A DNA stretch of 50,562 nt from Gemmatimonadota bacterium (GCA_039589315.1 JBDHHQ010000035.1:1-50562); one strand, 5' to 3'; positions 1 through 10,846 are shown, counted from the stretch's first letter. Program-made: numbers and translations. Notes: generated by a model from the letters alone, not told the origin.

Positions 1-2687
1 GCCTGGGCTCGGAAGTCGATCGGACCTTCGGTCGGGATGGTACCCGACGCCGACAGGCTCCGGTCGGCTCTGCTCGGCTCGACCATCTCGAAGCCTTCGA
101 CGCTGACGCCGCGCGTCCCCCAGGACACGTTCGCGGGTCGGGCCAGGGCCACGAGCTCATCGCCCCTACGCAGCTCCACGCGATCCAGCCGAAGGTCGGT
201 CTGTTCCTCGCCGAGGCGGAGAGCACCCATGACGTCGTGGCGCACCGAGTCGGCCCGGGCCAGGGAGAAGGAGAAGCTGACCGAGTCCGCCTCGTAGGCC
301 AGAGTGACGCCCGCCGTGTCGAAAGCGCCTCCCAGAACGCGGGACGGACCCATGACCCCGTCCACGACAAGGGACCGGTTCTCGGAGATGACGTCCGTTC
401 CCCGGATCTCGAACCGGGCCGAGTCCACGTCCAGGAGCTCGTGCGCGGCCTCCAACACTTCCAGATGGCCCGAGAGATCGAGTCGGGGTAGGGCCGCCCG
501 GAGCTGGATTTGTCCTCGAGCCCGCCCGTCCAGGATCTCCGGGGGAGCAGAGCTTTCAGTGGAGTCCGCGGCCGAGTCCGCGGCCGTCTCCGCCAGGACG
601 TCCCACAGTTGGGCCAGAGACGAAGCGCTCACGCCCACGTCAAGGCTGCCCGGCGCTCGTACGCTGTCCAGCGCCACCGTACCCGACGCGTCGAGGCGGA
701 CGCCGGCGACCATCCCACCGGCCGAGGTCAACGTGGCGTATCCGTCCTCCACGGAGACGGGCGCCCAGAGGCTGTCCACGACCCAGCGGTCGTAGCGTGA
801 CGACAGGAGGGACACCTCGGCCGTCCCTCCCAGCTGTCCGTCCCGGTCCCGGGCGAGGTCGGCCTGGAGGCGCCCAGTCAGGCTCACGTCGGCATCCAGG
901 TTCATCAGAGGGCCCGGGTCCAGGTCGGCCAACTCGGCGTCGAGGCGAGCCCCGGCTCCCGGGTCCGTCGCGTCCATGCGAATCGAACCCGTCACATCGC
1001 CGAAGGACGACTGCAGGTCGACGTGGGCCAGCAGGTCATCCACCGGACCTTCCAGGTCTATGCTCCCGAACGCCACCTCGTCGGCTTCGAACATGGGGTG
1101 GACACCGGCCAGGGTGGGCAGGTGAAGACCGAGGAGCTCCGCACGGCCGTCCAACGCCGGAGCCGTCGAGCCTGCCCTTGCGATGGACCCGTCGTAGCGA
1201 ACCCGGGACGCAGCGGTGGAAGTGAGCGTGTGGGTGAGCGTGGCGTCCAGATCCATGCCCCGGTCCAGTCGGCCGGTGGCGGTGCCGCGCAACGTGCCCC
1301 TACCCTCGATGGGGAAGGGAGCCCAGAGTTCCCGCACCAGGGCGAAGTCCAGCGGATCTGCTCGGGCCGAGAGGTTGTAGGCCGCAAGAGGGGCCGTTGC
1401 CGAGATGGCGCCGCTCAGCTCCACCGTGGAGGCGCCGTGCCGGCGGTCGACGGCCTCTACCGTCAGGCGCCCAGCCAGCTCGAGGCGGTCAAGCGGACCG
1501 TCGGCCGTCATTCGGCCACGCAAGGTCAGGTGTGAGGGGAGTGGGGCGTCCATCCAAGGCTCGAGGAGCGCCATCTCCAGAGGGTCGACGGTCAGATCCA
1601 CCGCCTCGAGGCGTAGCGAGTCGCCGGTGTGGACGGTCACCGATCCGGTAACGAGGCTACCGTCCACCGCCAGCTCCGCGTCCGCCAGCGTGTAGACGGC
1701 CTGGCCACCACCGCTCGATGCGCGAATCGTACCCCGGCCGACACCCGACGGCAGGCGCGGCTCGAAGAAGGCGAAGTCGGCGGGATCGAACCCATCGGAC
1801 GTGAGGTCCGCCTCGAAGTCGAGCCCGTCCCCGCCCCAATCGACGGCGCCCGATCCCTGAAACCGGCTCGAGGCGATCTGCAGCCGGGTCGCCTCGACGC
1901 GCGCCTCGGATCCGACCCGGCGCAGCTCGCCGGTGAGATGCTCGACCGCCATGGGCGTCGGGAACAGGCGCACTTCTGCCGAAAGGTCACTGACCTGCGC
2001 CCGCTCGCCGTCCAGCTCCGGACCGACCAGGTCCGCGTTTACGACCTCCACGTCCAGAGCCACCACCTCGATCCTACGAAGCCACTCGCCGTCGGCCGTG
2101 GGCTCGAAGACCCCGGAAGCCGTGTCCGGCTCGGGCCCCGCGGGAGTCCTCACCGAGAGGTGGGCGCCGTGGATTCGGGTCGACGAGAGGCGGACTTTCA
2201 CGCGGGGACCACCACCCTCCACGGGGCCTCCGGCCTCTAGATCGCCGCCGCCTTCCTCACCGTCGGGATCGAGCCCTTCACGGATCGGGTCGAAGATGCG
2301 CTCCACGTTCACCCGGTCCTCGCCGGCCATCTGGACGATCGTGACGCGGGCGCCCCAGACGTCGGCGTCCCGGATGTGTACGAGCCCGCGGAGCAGGTCG
2401 CCCACTCGGTAGGCGAGTCGCAACGAGTCCACGGCGAGCGCCGGCCGGCCGTCGAGATCCACGACCGTCACGTCGTACAACGCCACCTCACGAAGGAGGT
2501 CGCCGGTTCGGATGTCACTCACCGCGAAGCGCCCGTCGAACCGGCCGTGCACTTGGGACAGACCCACTCGCAGCGCAAGGCCCGCACCGAAATGGGTGCG
2601 GGTGAGGACCACGACCGAGACTGCAACGATCAGCGCGCCCACCCCCAGGGCTCCAGCAGCCCACCGGAGCACCCGGCGCCACCGCAT
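1..2687 (-). CDS. Translocation/assembly module TamB-like protein (3' end runs off the window)
   Basis: ATG at 2687 overlaps the TGA of the BamA/TamA gene (TGATG). N-terminus MRWRRVLRWAAGALGVGALIVAVSVVVLTRT is a signal anchor followed by beta-rich sequence. The same frame reads as plausible protein at the window edge (SLSASGTIPTEGPIDFRAQ); not every intervening codon was checked. Absent from the ORF track, presumably because it has no stop in the window. Confidence 0.8.
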   Translation of the reverse strand, partial: MRWRRVLRWAAGALGVGALIVAVSVVVLTRTHFGAGLALRVGLSQVHGRFDGRFAVSDIRTGDLLREVALYDVTVVDLDGRPALAVDSLRLAYRVGDLLRGLVHIRDADVWGARVTIVQMAGEDRVNVERIFDPIREGLDPDGEEGGGDLEAGGPVEGGGPRVKVRLSSTRIHGAHLSVRTPAGPEPDTASGVFEPTADGEWLRRIEVVALDVEVVNADLVGPELDGERAQVSDLSAEVRLFPTPMAVEHLTGELRRVGSEARVEATRLQIASSRFQGSGAVDWGGDGLDFEADLTSDGFDPADFAFFEPRLPSGVGRGTIRASSGGGQAVYTLADAELAVDGSLVTGSVTVHTGDSLRLEAVDLTVDPLEMALLEPWMDAPLPSHLTLRGRMTADGPLDRLELAGRLTVEAVDRRHGASTVELSGAISATAPLAAYNLSARADPLDFALVRELWAPFPIEGRGTLRGTATGRLDRGMDLDATLTHTLTSTAASRVRYDGSIARAGSTAPALDGRAELLGLHLPTLAGVHPMFEADEVAFGSIDLEGPVDDLLAHVDLQSSFGDVTGSIRMDATDPGAGARLDAELADLDPGPLMNLDADVSLTGRLQADLARDRDGQLGGTAEVSLLSSRYDRWVVDSLWAPVSVEDGYATLTSAGGMVAGVRLDASGTVALDSVRAPGSLDVGVSASSLAQLWDVLAETAADSAADSTESSAPPEILDGRARGQIQLRAALPRLDLSGHLEVLEAAHELLDVDSARFEIRGTDVISENRSLVVDGVMGPSRVLGGAFDTAGVTLAYEADSVSFSFSLARADSVRHDVMGALRLGEEQTDLRLDRVELRRGDELVALARPANVSWGTRGVSVEGFEMVEPSRADRSLSASGTIPTEGPIDFRAQ

Positions 2688-4993
2688 CAGAAGGCCTGTC
2701 CGATGGAGAGGTGCAGTTGGAATCGGCCCAACGACCAGAGGTCGTCGCTGCCGAACGCCACCGGGGGAATCAGGGGGGCCAGGCCCTCCGACACCACGTA
2801 GAGTGTGCCGTCGTCGCCCTCGGTCACGACGTCCTCTTCGTTGTGGATCTCGGGATCGAACGGGTCGAGCTGGGAGGTGATGGCCGGCAAGTCCTCGATC
2901 TGGCGGAAGTTGTACGCCAGGTCTATCCGAATGGGCCCAATCGGCGTCGGATACCGGATGCCGAGGCCGGGGGTGAGCTCGATGTCCCCCAGGGCCACGC
3001 TTCGGTCATCGGTCCAGACCTGCCCGAAGTCGAGGTAGAGGACGGTTTGCAGCTTCTCCGTCGCCCAGGAGCGGTATTCGACGTTGCCCACGAGGACGAT
3101 ATTCCCGCCGGAGGGCGCCTCCGTCCATCCGGAGGACGCCAGCGGGTTCGCGTCGCACGTCAGGTCCAGGATCTCTTCGGCTCGGCAGACTCCGGGCTCC
3201 GCGCTCTCCGGGCTGGCCACGAGGTTGCGGACGTCGGTCTGCAGATTCCGCGGACCCAGCCGTCCCTGGGCGAAGCCCCGCACGGTGCTTGCTCCCCCGC
3301 TGAAGAAGCGTTTCTGGGGCGCCGTGACGTCGATGTCCGTGGCTTCGGTGGTGACACCGCCAAAGCCGCGTGGCTGGAGAAAGCCGACGCGCAGGCGAGC
3401 GCCGATCACTCGCTGGGTCCTGCGCCCGAGCTCCCGGAAGGCCGAGCCCTCCAGGATCAGGCGATCGTAGGTGTAGTCCGAGAGCGTGAGCGTTCCCGCC
3501 TTCTCGAAGGCGATCATGCCCGTCCAGCCCCGCACGGGATCCGTCACGGGGTTGGTCCGGTCCGTGGACAGGGTGATCCCGATGGGAGAGAGCAGGTTGG
3601 CCGAGCTGACGATGGCGATCTCGTCGGGCTCGCATATCAGGAAGCTCGAGCAGAAGTACGCGTCCGCCGCGTCGTAGCTACCATACTGGGGCCGGTAGAA
3701 GATCCCGGTGGCGCTCAGCCTCCCGATGTTTCGGCTGAACAGGAGATCCGTGCCGACGGTCTGCCGAACGAACAGATTCGGAAAGCTCTCGCGCTCGAGG
3801 AAGACGCGGGTGGAAAACGAGTTCTGCGGCGAGAAGGCAACCGGCTGAAGGAAGTTGGCGCTCACCTGATAGTTGAGCCGGCCGTAGACTCCAGTGCCCG
3901 ACTGATTGCAGAGGGATCCCGCGAGCTCGTCGGCCAGTGCGTTCCAGAGGCGCGTTGACACCTCCAGGCGACGCCCCCCGCCGCGGAAGTTCCGGCTGGT
4001 CCACCGCGCCTCCACGTTCACGCACTCGAACGTGCTGAGGCCTCCGCCTCCGCGGATTCGGTGCGGCGCCGCTTCGTTCACGCGCACCTCGAGTGGTACC
4101 ACGGTGTCTGCCGGCAGCGTGAGATCCGAGAGGATCTCGGCGTGACGCACGATGTCCAACTGGAACACGTTCCGCTGCGCAGACCCCAATCGGTCCTCGC
4201 GGTACGGCTCACCCTCCTCGATCCCCATGACGCGTCGGACCGTAGCTTCGTCCAGGTCCCGGACGCCCTCGACGTTGATCCTTCCGAACCGCGCCCACGG
4301 ACCCGGGATGACTTCGAAGCTCACCTCGGCCATGTACGGCGTACTGGCCGGAATCGAAAACCCCGCGAGGACCTCGACGTGGGCGAAGCCCTCGTTGCGG
4401 AAGCGGGTCAGCAACGCCTCTCGGGCGGCCTCTAGCTGGAGCAGGCTGAGAGGCTGACCGGGCTGCAGCGGCAGATCGTGCGTCTCGGGTGCCAGCACGG
4501 ACACCCCTCCGCTGTCAGCGAGCACCCGGCTCACGCGGACCGGTTGCCCCTCGTCAATCTGGAACGTCACTGCCGCGCCCCCGCTCCCATCTTCGACCAC
4601 GACCGTGTCCACGGCGGTCTCGCGGTAGCCTCTGCGGAAGTAGAAGAGGCGCAGACGAGGGATGTCACGGGCCAGCTCGGGGCGGCTCAGAGTGCGCCGT
4701 TCGATGGCCCAGTCTCCGCCGAACCAGCAGAAGGGTGCGAGCACCGCAGATCGGCAGTGGGTGGCTTCGGTTACGATCGAGCCCTGGATCGCCGATCCCC
4801 GGAAGGCTTCGTTCCCCTCGAAGGTGAGCCTCCCAACCTCCAGCGTATCCGCTCCCATTTGACCTCGAGCGGCCGGCGCGAGGCCCAGAAGACAGGAGGC
4901 GAGGAGAACGCCGATCCGAACGGGCGAGCCGGAGCCTCGGCGGATCCGGCAACGGGACCGGACGGATGCAGGCGCGGCCAGCAGTCGCCTCAT
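2687..4993 (-). CDS. BamA/TamA (Omp85) family outer-membrane protein with POTRA domains
   Basis: POTRA-like segments (LTFEGNEAF, FYFRRGYRET, FGRINVEGV), RFFSGGASTVRGF motif, GLGIRYPTPIGPIRIDLAY and C-terminal LSIGQAF. Start moved from 5356 to ATG 4993; exact start uncertain. Confidence 0.9.
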   Translation of the reverse strand: MRRLLAAPASVRSRCRIRRGSGSPVRIGVLLASCLLGLAPAARGQMGADTLEVGRLTFEGNEAFRGSAIQGSIVTEATHCRSAVLAPFCWFGGDWAIERRTLSRPELARDIPRLRLFYFRRGYRETAVDTVVVEDGSGGAAVTFQIDEGQPVRVSRVLADSGGVSVLAPETHDLPLQPGQPLSLLQLEAAREALLTRFRNEGFAHVEVLAGFSIPASTPYMAEVSFEVIPGPWARFGRINVEGVRDLDEATVRRVMGIEEGEPYREDRLGSAQRNVFQLDIVRHAEILSDLTLPADTVVPLEVRVNEAAPHRIRGGGGLSTFECVNVEARWTSRNFRGGGRRLEVSTRLWNALADELAGSLCNQSGTGVYGRLNYQVSANFLQPVAFSPQNSFSTRVFLERESFPNLFVRQTVGTDLLFSRNIGRLSATGIFYRPQYGSYDAADAYFCSSFLICEPDEIAIVSSANLLSPIGITLSTDRTNPVTDPVRGWTGMIAFEKAGTLTLSDYTYDRLILEGSAFRELGRRTQRVIGARLRVGFLQPRGFGGVTTEATDIDVTAPQKRFFSGGASTVRGFAQGRLGPRNLQTDVRNLVASPESAEPGVCRAEEILDLTCDANPLASSGWTEAPSGGNIVLVGNVEYRSWATEKLQTVLYLDFGQVWTDDRSVALGDIELTPGLGIRYPTPIGPIRIDLAYNFRQIEDLPAITSQLDPFDPEIHNEEDVVTEGDDGTLYVVSEGLAPLIPPVAFGSDDLWSLGRFQLHLSIGQAF

Positions 4994-5234
4994 GGGAGAG
5001 CAGGGAGGCGGCGTCGCGCCGCGAAGAAGTGTGAAGACGGCTGGCCGGCCAGGTCTGTGACCCGACGGATCACGGCGTATCCCGGACCGATCATGCATGC
5101 CCTGACGCTGGCGGATGGCCCCGCTTTCCGCAACCTCGGGGGGCCGGTAGTTTGCGGGCGATCCAGGGGGAATCCGGGGAACGGCCCCCCGCCTCGGCGG
5201 TGGCGGGCCGGTGCGGGCGAGACAGGAGGAGAGG

Positions 5235-5762
5235 GTGCAAGGAACGCAGCGGGGGAAAGCGACCGTCGCCCTTTGGGTCTTCGCTGTCGCAGTGGCGGCT
5301 GCGGCGGTTGCCCCCGAGCGGGCCGTCGCGCAGTTCAGCATCGGGGCGGACGCCACCTACAACAACCAGATACTCTCGGGAAGCTGGGGGTTCGGGGGGC
5401 GGTTGGGGGCCGAGCTTCCCGGTCTGTCCTTCGTGAGGCCCGAGCTGATCGCCGGATTCGTTTACTACCTGCCGAGCTGCGGTAACAACACCTGTGATTG
5501 GTGGGAGGCACAGGGCACCTTGTTCCTGTACAATCCGAGACGGGCGCAGGTCGAGCCCTACTTCGGCGTCGGGGCGAGCTACCACAAGTTCAACCTCAAC
5601 ACGTCGGATACCGACGGGGACGACTACAGCATCGACGTGCTCCTGGGCGCGAAGCTGGGTGACGGCACGGTCCGCCCCTACGGGGAGGTCCGTTACAAGA
5701 TCATGGCCGAGGTTCCACTGAATCAGTTCGCGTTCACGTTCGGCTTGCGGCTAGGGAGGTAG
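5235..5762 (+). CDS. Small outer-membrane beta-barrel protein
   Basis: GTG preceded by AGGAGGAG; signal peptide ending AVA-Q; alternating aromatic strands (VEPYFGVGASY, VRPYGEVRY, FAFTFGLRLG). Confidence 0.75.
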   Translation: MQGTQRGKATVALWVFAVAVAAAAVAPERAVAQFSIGADATYNNQILSGSWGFGGRLGAELPGLSFVRPELIAGFVYYLPSCGNNTCDWWEAQGTLFLYNPRRAQVEPYFGVGASYHKFNLNTSDTDGDDYSIDVLLGAKLGDGTVRPYGEVRYKIMAEVPLNQFAFTFGLRLGR

Positions 5763-5916
5763 GGTGGTGCACATAGGATCAGCTCCACTCCCGGGCCGCG
5801 GCCGAGGTACTTGCAAGGGTCGCTCTCCACGCGCGTTGTGGCATCGAGGCTGGCACCCTCGTTGGCCTGGCTCGCTCCCTTCCTGTTCGAGCTGCCGGCG
5901 GAACCCGGTGCTTGCG

Positions 5917-6438
5917 ATGGCCGCCGCCTTGATGGTGTCCGCGTGCGCGTCCGGCGGCATCGAGGTCGACCACGACTTCGACCCCACCCAGGACTTCTCG
6001 CTGTATACCACGTACTCGTGGAGCACGGATCGGGGCTCACTGAGCCGTACACTGAACATCGAGGAGTTCACCGACGCCAGGATCCGCTCTGCCGTCGACG
6101 CCGAGCTGGCCCGCTCCGGCTTGAGAATGGTGGACCTGGAGACCGCAGAGCTGACGGTCGGTTATATAGCCCGCCTCGAGCCGCAGAGAGAGAGGGCCGT
6201 CGACGATCCGCGCGCAGCGGACGTGGACCGCTACGGCGGTGTGTACGATTCGAGCCCCTCGGATCGAGTCTTCGAGCAAGGCTCCCTGGAGGTCGGGCTC
6301 GTAGATGTGCGGCGCAACCGAGTGGTCTGGCATGCGCTGGCCCAGGCCGAGATGGATCCGAGCCGCGACGCCGCGGAGCGGGAGCGCCGCATCGTCCGCG
6401 TGGTGCAGGAGATGTTCAAGACCTTCCCGGGTCGTTGA
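5917..6438 (+). CDS. DUF4136-like lipoprotein
   Basis: Lipobox-like VSAC; DHDFDPTQDFSLYTTYSW, RIRSAVDAELARSG, EQGSLEVGLVD..VVW and C-terminal MFKTFP. Start uncertain (5908 or 5917). Confidence 0.75.
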   Translation: MAAALMVSACASGGIEVDHDFDPTQDFSLYTTYSWSTDRGSLSRTLNIEEFTDARIRSAVDAELARSGLRMVDLETAELTVGYIARLEPQRERAVDDPRAADVDRYGGVYDSSPSDRVFEQGSLEVGLVDVRRNRVVWHALAQAEMDPSRDAAERERRIVRVVQEMFKTFPGR

Positions 6439-6586
6439 GCGCGGGAGACCCGGTGACCCCCGGGCCCGGGTCAGGCGGTGACGTTCGCCGAGCCCAGCCC
6501 TCGTGCTCTACCCCCTTGGGCGACGGTGCCGCGGGTGCCATCCGGCCCTGAGTGGCCGCATCAGCTCCGGTTTGGTCATCCGCGGG

Positions 6587-9109
6587 TCAGGCCTCGTCGG
6601 GCGGTTCCGGTGCCGCCGCGACGGCAGCTCCACCGAACATGGCTCCCATCACCGGGTCCGAGACGCTCCTCAGGTGCAGGTCCCGCTGGGGGAACGGGAT
6701 CTCGATGCCCGCCTCGGCCAGCGCCGCATTCACCCGCACGGTCAGCTCGCTTCGGATGCGGAAGTGATCCTCGAAGGTGTGGGTCCACGCCCGGAGGGCG
6801 AAGTTCAGCGAGCTGTCGCCGTGCTCCGTGAAGAAGGCCATCGGCTCAGGATAAGCCAGCACTTCATCGTGACCAGCGGCGACCTTCAGGAGAATCGCCA
6901 GCACCCGCTCCGGGTCGGTTCCGTATTTGACGCCGATCATTATCTCTACACGGCGGCGCTGGTCCGTGAGCGTCCAGTTCGTGACCTCGTTGGCGATCAG
7001 GTTGCCGTTCGGGACGATGACCTCGGCGCCGTCGAACGTGCGGACCGTACTGGAACGCATGCCGATCCGCTGCACGCGTCCGGTCAGCGTGCCGACCTGC
7101 ACCCAGTCGCCGACTGCGATCGGCCGCTCGAAGATCAGGATCAATCCCGACACGAAGTTGTTGACCAGGTTCTGCAGTCCGAAGCCGATACCCACGCCCA
7201 GGGCTCCGGCGAGGAGCGTGATCCTGCTCAGGTCGATGCCGGCAACGCCGGCCGCCACGAGCAGCCCACCGACGAGGATCATCCAGTGCGTGAGCGTGGA
7301 GATCGTGCTGGGAACGCCCTTGGGTAGATCGAGGCGGACCAGCACCTCCTCGTCCAACACGAAACGGGTGAGCCGGGATACCTTGAAGGCGAGCCAGATC
7401 GCCAGGAAGAAGAGCGCCACCCCTTCGAGAGACCACGTGAACGAGCCCAACGTCCACGTCTGTCGCAGGCCGACCAATGCCCCCGCCACCACTGGCTCCC
7501 AGAGAGTGGCGATCCGCAGGACGAGCCAGATCCAGACGCCCAGGGCGAGCAGATTGATGACTTTGCCGACTCGGTCGGCGATCCGGTCGCCGTGCCGTTG
7601 AAGACCCCGGAGATGCAGGCCCGCACGCGTCCGGGGCAGGAGTCGGACCAGTCCCTTCGCCACGACGGTGCCGGCATAGAGGAGCACTGCCGCGTATGAG
7701 CTTCGGACGATGCCGTCGGTCAGCAGCTCCGCCAGAGAGCGATTGCCGACGATGTTGGCCAGTAGCGATATGACGAGGCCCGCCGCCGCGGCGCGGCCCA
7801 CCGTGAGTGTGAGGCGCCACCAACGGCTGTCGCTGGCCGTGAGGGCGGGAGAGTCCTTCCGCAGAATCCAGAACAGCCCTGCCCCCGCCAACACCGTCTC
7901 CACGACGAGCAGCAGCCGGCCGAGGACCGGCACCCAGTCCAAGTTGGTCGCGAGCCCGTTCAGCACGACCAGGGCGGCGATGGCGTAGAGCGGGCGTTGC
8001 AGGAAGTCCCACACCAGACCGCGGAGAATGATCAGCGTCGGCGCAATGGATATGAGTATGGCGATCTCGCTGACCTCCACGGGCGGCGCCGCGTAAAGGA
8101 GAAGCGTCAGCAAGAGCCCCAGAAGGATGCTCGTCGACAGCGGATGGCGGAGGACGTGGAGTGGGCCTTTGAACCCTGCCTCCGGACCCATGTCGGGCAT
8201 GTGTCGCCGAGCCGCCAGCAGCGCGAGCGCCAACAAGGCCACGAACATGACCTGAAACAGCACCCTGTTTCGGTTCTCCCCGGCGAAGTCCTCCAGCGCG
8301 TCCAACGTCGCCTGGAAGCTCAGGCCCGGATCGGTGGGCGGGGCGAAGACGCCACGGGTGTCGCTGAAGATCGCCCAAAGGGGGAGCGACTCGGGCTGGA
8401 GGAGTTGGAGCTGGAGCTGACGCAGCCGACTGTCGAGCTGGGTGACCTGGTCCGCGACCCTGGTCTGTTCCTGCACCAATCGGTCCTGGATGACCAACGT
8501 GCCCTCGAGGACGCCGCTGACCTCTTCGCCCGCAGCGTGAATCTCGTCCAGCAGGGCGGTGACCCGGAGCCGCATCAGCTCCGAGGCATCCTCCGATGTG
8601 AGCGTGGAGTCGGTGGCTGCCCAGAGCTCCAGCGCCCGCTGTAGATCACGTTGCCCCGCCTCCAGCGTTTCGATCCTGGCGCGAAGCTCCCTCCTCCAGC
8701 TCATGAGCCGGGCGTCGAAACGGGACCACAGGTTCCTGAGGTTCTCCACCCGGCGCAGCGGATACCGACCCGGGGTGACGCTCTCGGGGCTCGCCTGGAG
8801 GGCGTCCAGCTCAGCGCTCAGCTCCGTGAGCTCACGGACGATCTCTTCCACGTGCGGGCTGGGCAGCACGCGGCTTCTGATCGCGTCGATGAGGTTCTGG
8901 GTGCCCTCTTCCTCCTCCGCGAACTGGGAAGCGGAGATCGGTGCCGCCGCGGGTTCCTCCTGGGTCTCCTGATCCTCGGCGGCTTGCTGCGGTTCCTGCG
9001 GGCTGGGGGCCGACCGGGGCGCCGCCGCGAGCTGCAGCGGAAGGAAGCCCAGGCACAGGAGAAGCAGCGTCAGTGGGGGTGGCCTGTCTCGCATGTGTCC
9101 GTCGCTCAC
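6587..9109 (-). CDS. Large MscS-family (MscK-like) mechanosensitive channel
   Basis: Signal peptide, coiled periplasmic region, many TM helices, GALGVGIGFGLQNLVNNFVSGLILIFERPI..GDWV and GIEIPFPQRDLHL. Confidence 0.92.
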   Translation of the reverse strand: MSDGHMRDRPPPLTLLLLCLGFLPLQLAAAPRSAPSPQEPQQAAEDQETQEEPAAAPISASQFAEEEEGTQNLIDAIRSRVLPSPHVEEIVRELTELSAELDALQASPESVTPGRYPLRRVENLRNLWSRFDARLMSWRRELRARIETLEAGQRDLQRALELWAATDSTLTSEDASELMRLRVTALLDEIHAAGEEVSGVLEGTLVIQDRLVQEQTRVADQVTQLDSRLRQLQLQLLQPESLPLWAIFSDTRGVFAPPTDPGLSFQATLDALEDFAGENRNRVLFQVMFVALLALALLAARRHMPDMGPEAGFKGPLHVLRHPLSTSILLGLLLTLLLYAAPPVEVSEIAILISIAPTLIILRGLVWDFLQRPLYAIAALVVLNGLATNLDWVPVLGRLLLVVETVLAGAGLFWILRKDSPALTASDSRWWRLTLTVGRAAAAGLVISLLANIVGNRSLAELLTDGIVRSSYAAVLLYAGTVVAKGLVRLLPRTRAGLHLRGLQRHGDRIADRVGKVINLLALGVWIWLVLRIATLWEPVVAGALVGLRQTWTLGSFTWSLEGVALFFLAIWLAFKVSRLTRFVLDEEVLVRLDLPKGVPSTISTLTHWMILVGGLLVAAGVAGIDLSRITLLAGALGVGIGFGLQNLVNNFVSGLILIFERPIAVGDWVQVGTLTGRVQRIGMRSSTVRTFDGAEVIVPNGNLIANEVTNWTLTDQRRRVEIMIGVKYGTDPERVLAILLKVAAGHDEVLAYPEPMAFFTEHGDSSLNFALRAWTHTFEDHFRIRSELTVRVNAALAEAGIEIPFPQRDLHLRSVSDPVMGAMFGGAAVAAAPEPPDEA

Positions 9110-9319
9110 TCGTCCCAGATGGTCCTCGGGGAGGCTACCTGCGTGAGATCATCCACAGCCGACCACGGTCTTGGCAAGGTCGGCGATCGCTGCGAGTCTT
9201 GACCGGACAGCACGCTTTCGGCAGAATCCCGGCTCTTCAACATGTTGCGCACGCGGTCGCTCCGAGGAAAACCAACCCCTGGACGCCGCTTGAGCCCACT
9301 CGACGGTGAGGCATCGAAG

Positions 9320-10318
9320 ATGAGATTCCTTGGTTCGATCTCCCGCGGCTCGGTCGTGGCCGCGCAGGTGGCGCTGCTGATCGGCGCCGCGGTGGCGCCC
9401 ATAGCCGCCCAAGAGTTCCAGATGACGGGGAACGTGGCCTCCGCCACGGACGCCTCGCCCCTTCAGTACGCGGTCGTGGGAATCCCAGAGTTGAGCGAGT
9501 GGGACCTGACGGACGAGGCTGGAGCCTTCGCCTTGGACATCCCTGCACCGGGCACATACCGCCTGATCGTGCTGCGCCGCGGATTCTATCTGGTGGATGC
9601 CGCGGTGTACCTGGAGCCCACCGGAGCCGAGCCGATCCAGATCCTCGCGGAGCTCGAAGAAGAGCAGCCGGACAACCCGCTGGCGCCAGGCCGTATCATC
9701 GGTACGGTCGTCGATCAGGAAAACGGCCGTCCCGTGGGCCAGGCCGAGGTCAGGGTCGAGCCCACCGGCCAGACCGCGACGACGAACAACCGTGGCGTCT
9801 TCGACATCGAGAACATCTCCGGCGGTGCCATTCAGGTCGAGATCGAGCGGGTCGGCTACCAGACCCGTGTCGACACGCTGGCCTCCTTCCCCGGTGTATC
9901 TCTCGCGGTACAGTTTTCCATGGCACCCGAGGCCATCGCCCTCGAGGCGATGGTGGTAAGCGTGCGGTCCAACCACCTGGAGTCCGTGGGCTTCTACCGC
10001 CGCCAGCAGGCAGGCCTGGGGAGCCACTGGGACCGGGCGGCCATCGAGAGCTTGAATCCCGTGCAGCTGTCGGACGTCTTCCGCCGTCGGCCCGTGGCGG
10101 GGGTTCGGGTCGGCCGCGGTGATTGGGGCGAGGTGGCCCTCACGTCCAGCCGCGGCAGGGGTTGCCAGCTCTCCACCTGGCTCGACGAAATGAGAATGCC
10201 CGGGTTCGACATCGACACCTACCCGTGGGAGGCCGTGGCCGCCATGGAGGTGTACGTGGGCTCGCAGGTGCCTGCGCGGTTCCCCGATTCCTGCGAAGAT
10301 GGGGACGTGTCCCGGTGA
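9320..10318 (+). CDS. Exported protein with two carboxypeptidase-regulatory-like domains and a TonB plug-like C-terminal region
   Basis: Signal peptide; two repeats (GNVASATDASPL..TDEAGAF; GTVVDQENGRPV..TNNRGVF), then LEAMVV, GFYRRQQAGLG, WLDEMR, VAAMEVY. C-terminus may be truncated (see findings). Confidence 0.72.
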   Translation: MRFLGSISRGSVVAAQVALLIGAAVAPIAAQEFQMTGNVASATDASPLQYAVVGIPELSEWDLTDEAGAFALDIPAPGTYRLIVLRRGFYLVDAAVYLEPTGAEPIQILAELEEEQPDNPLAPGRIIGTVVDQENGRPVGQAEVRVEPTGQTATTNNRGVFDIENISGGAIQVEIERVGYQTRVDTLASFPGVSLAVQFSMAPEAIALEAMVVSVRSNHLESVGFYRRQQAGLGSHWDRAAIESLNPVQLSDVFRRRPVAGVRVGRGDWGEVALTSSRGRGCQLSTWLDEMRMPGFDIDTYPWEAVAAMEVYVGSQVPARFPDSCEDGDVSR

Positions 10319-10351
10319 TGGGGGACTCCTCCGAACGAGAGGAATAGAGAG

Positions 10352-10846
10352 ATGAAGAAGATCCTGATGATCGTTGCCTGCGGGCTGGTGGGGCTGCCCG
10401 TAGCGGGACAGGCGCAGCAGTCGATGACCGATGAGGAGCAGGCGTGGTTCGACCTGATCCGGACCGACGTTCGCGCCCAGAAGGCCGCCATGGTGGGCGA
10501 AGCCTTGAGCCTTCCGGCAGACAAGGCCGCCGTGTTCTGGCCGCTGTACGAGGAATACGAGGGAGAGCTCAAGATGATCTGGGACAGCCACCTGGAGCTC
10601 ATCGAGGCATATGCGGCCAGCTACGACAACATGACCGACGAGGTGGCCAATACGCTCGCCGAATGGGCCATGGACCTGGAGATCCAGCGGATTCAGCTCC
10701 TCCGCGAGACGTTCCGGAAGATGGCCGACAACGAGAACATCGGCGCCGTGACCGCTGCCCACTTCATCCAGTTGGAGAACCGGCTCGACATGCTGGTGAA
10801 CATGGAGATCATGACGGCGCTTCCCATGCTGGAGCCGATGAACTGA
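10352..10846 (+). CDS. Exported alpha-helical hypothetical protein
   Basis: Purine-rich RBS region, signal peptide (AQQ), FWPLYEEYE segment, strong GC3 bias. Confidence 0.8.
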   Translation: MKKILMIVACGLVGLPVAGQAQQSMTDEEQAWFDLIRTDVRAQKAAMVGEALSLPADKAAVFWPLYEEYEGELKMIWDSHLELIEAYAASYDNMTDEVANTLAEWAMDLEIQRIQLLRETFRKMADNENIGAVTAAHFIQLENRLDMLVNMEIMTALPMLEPMN

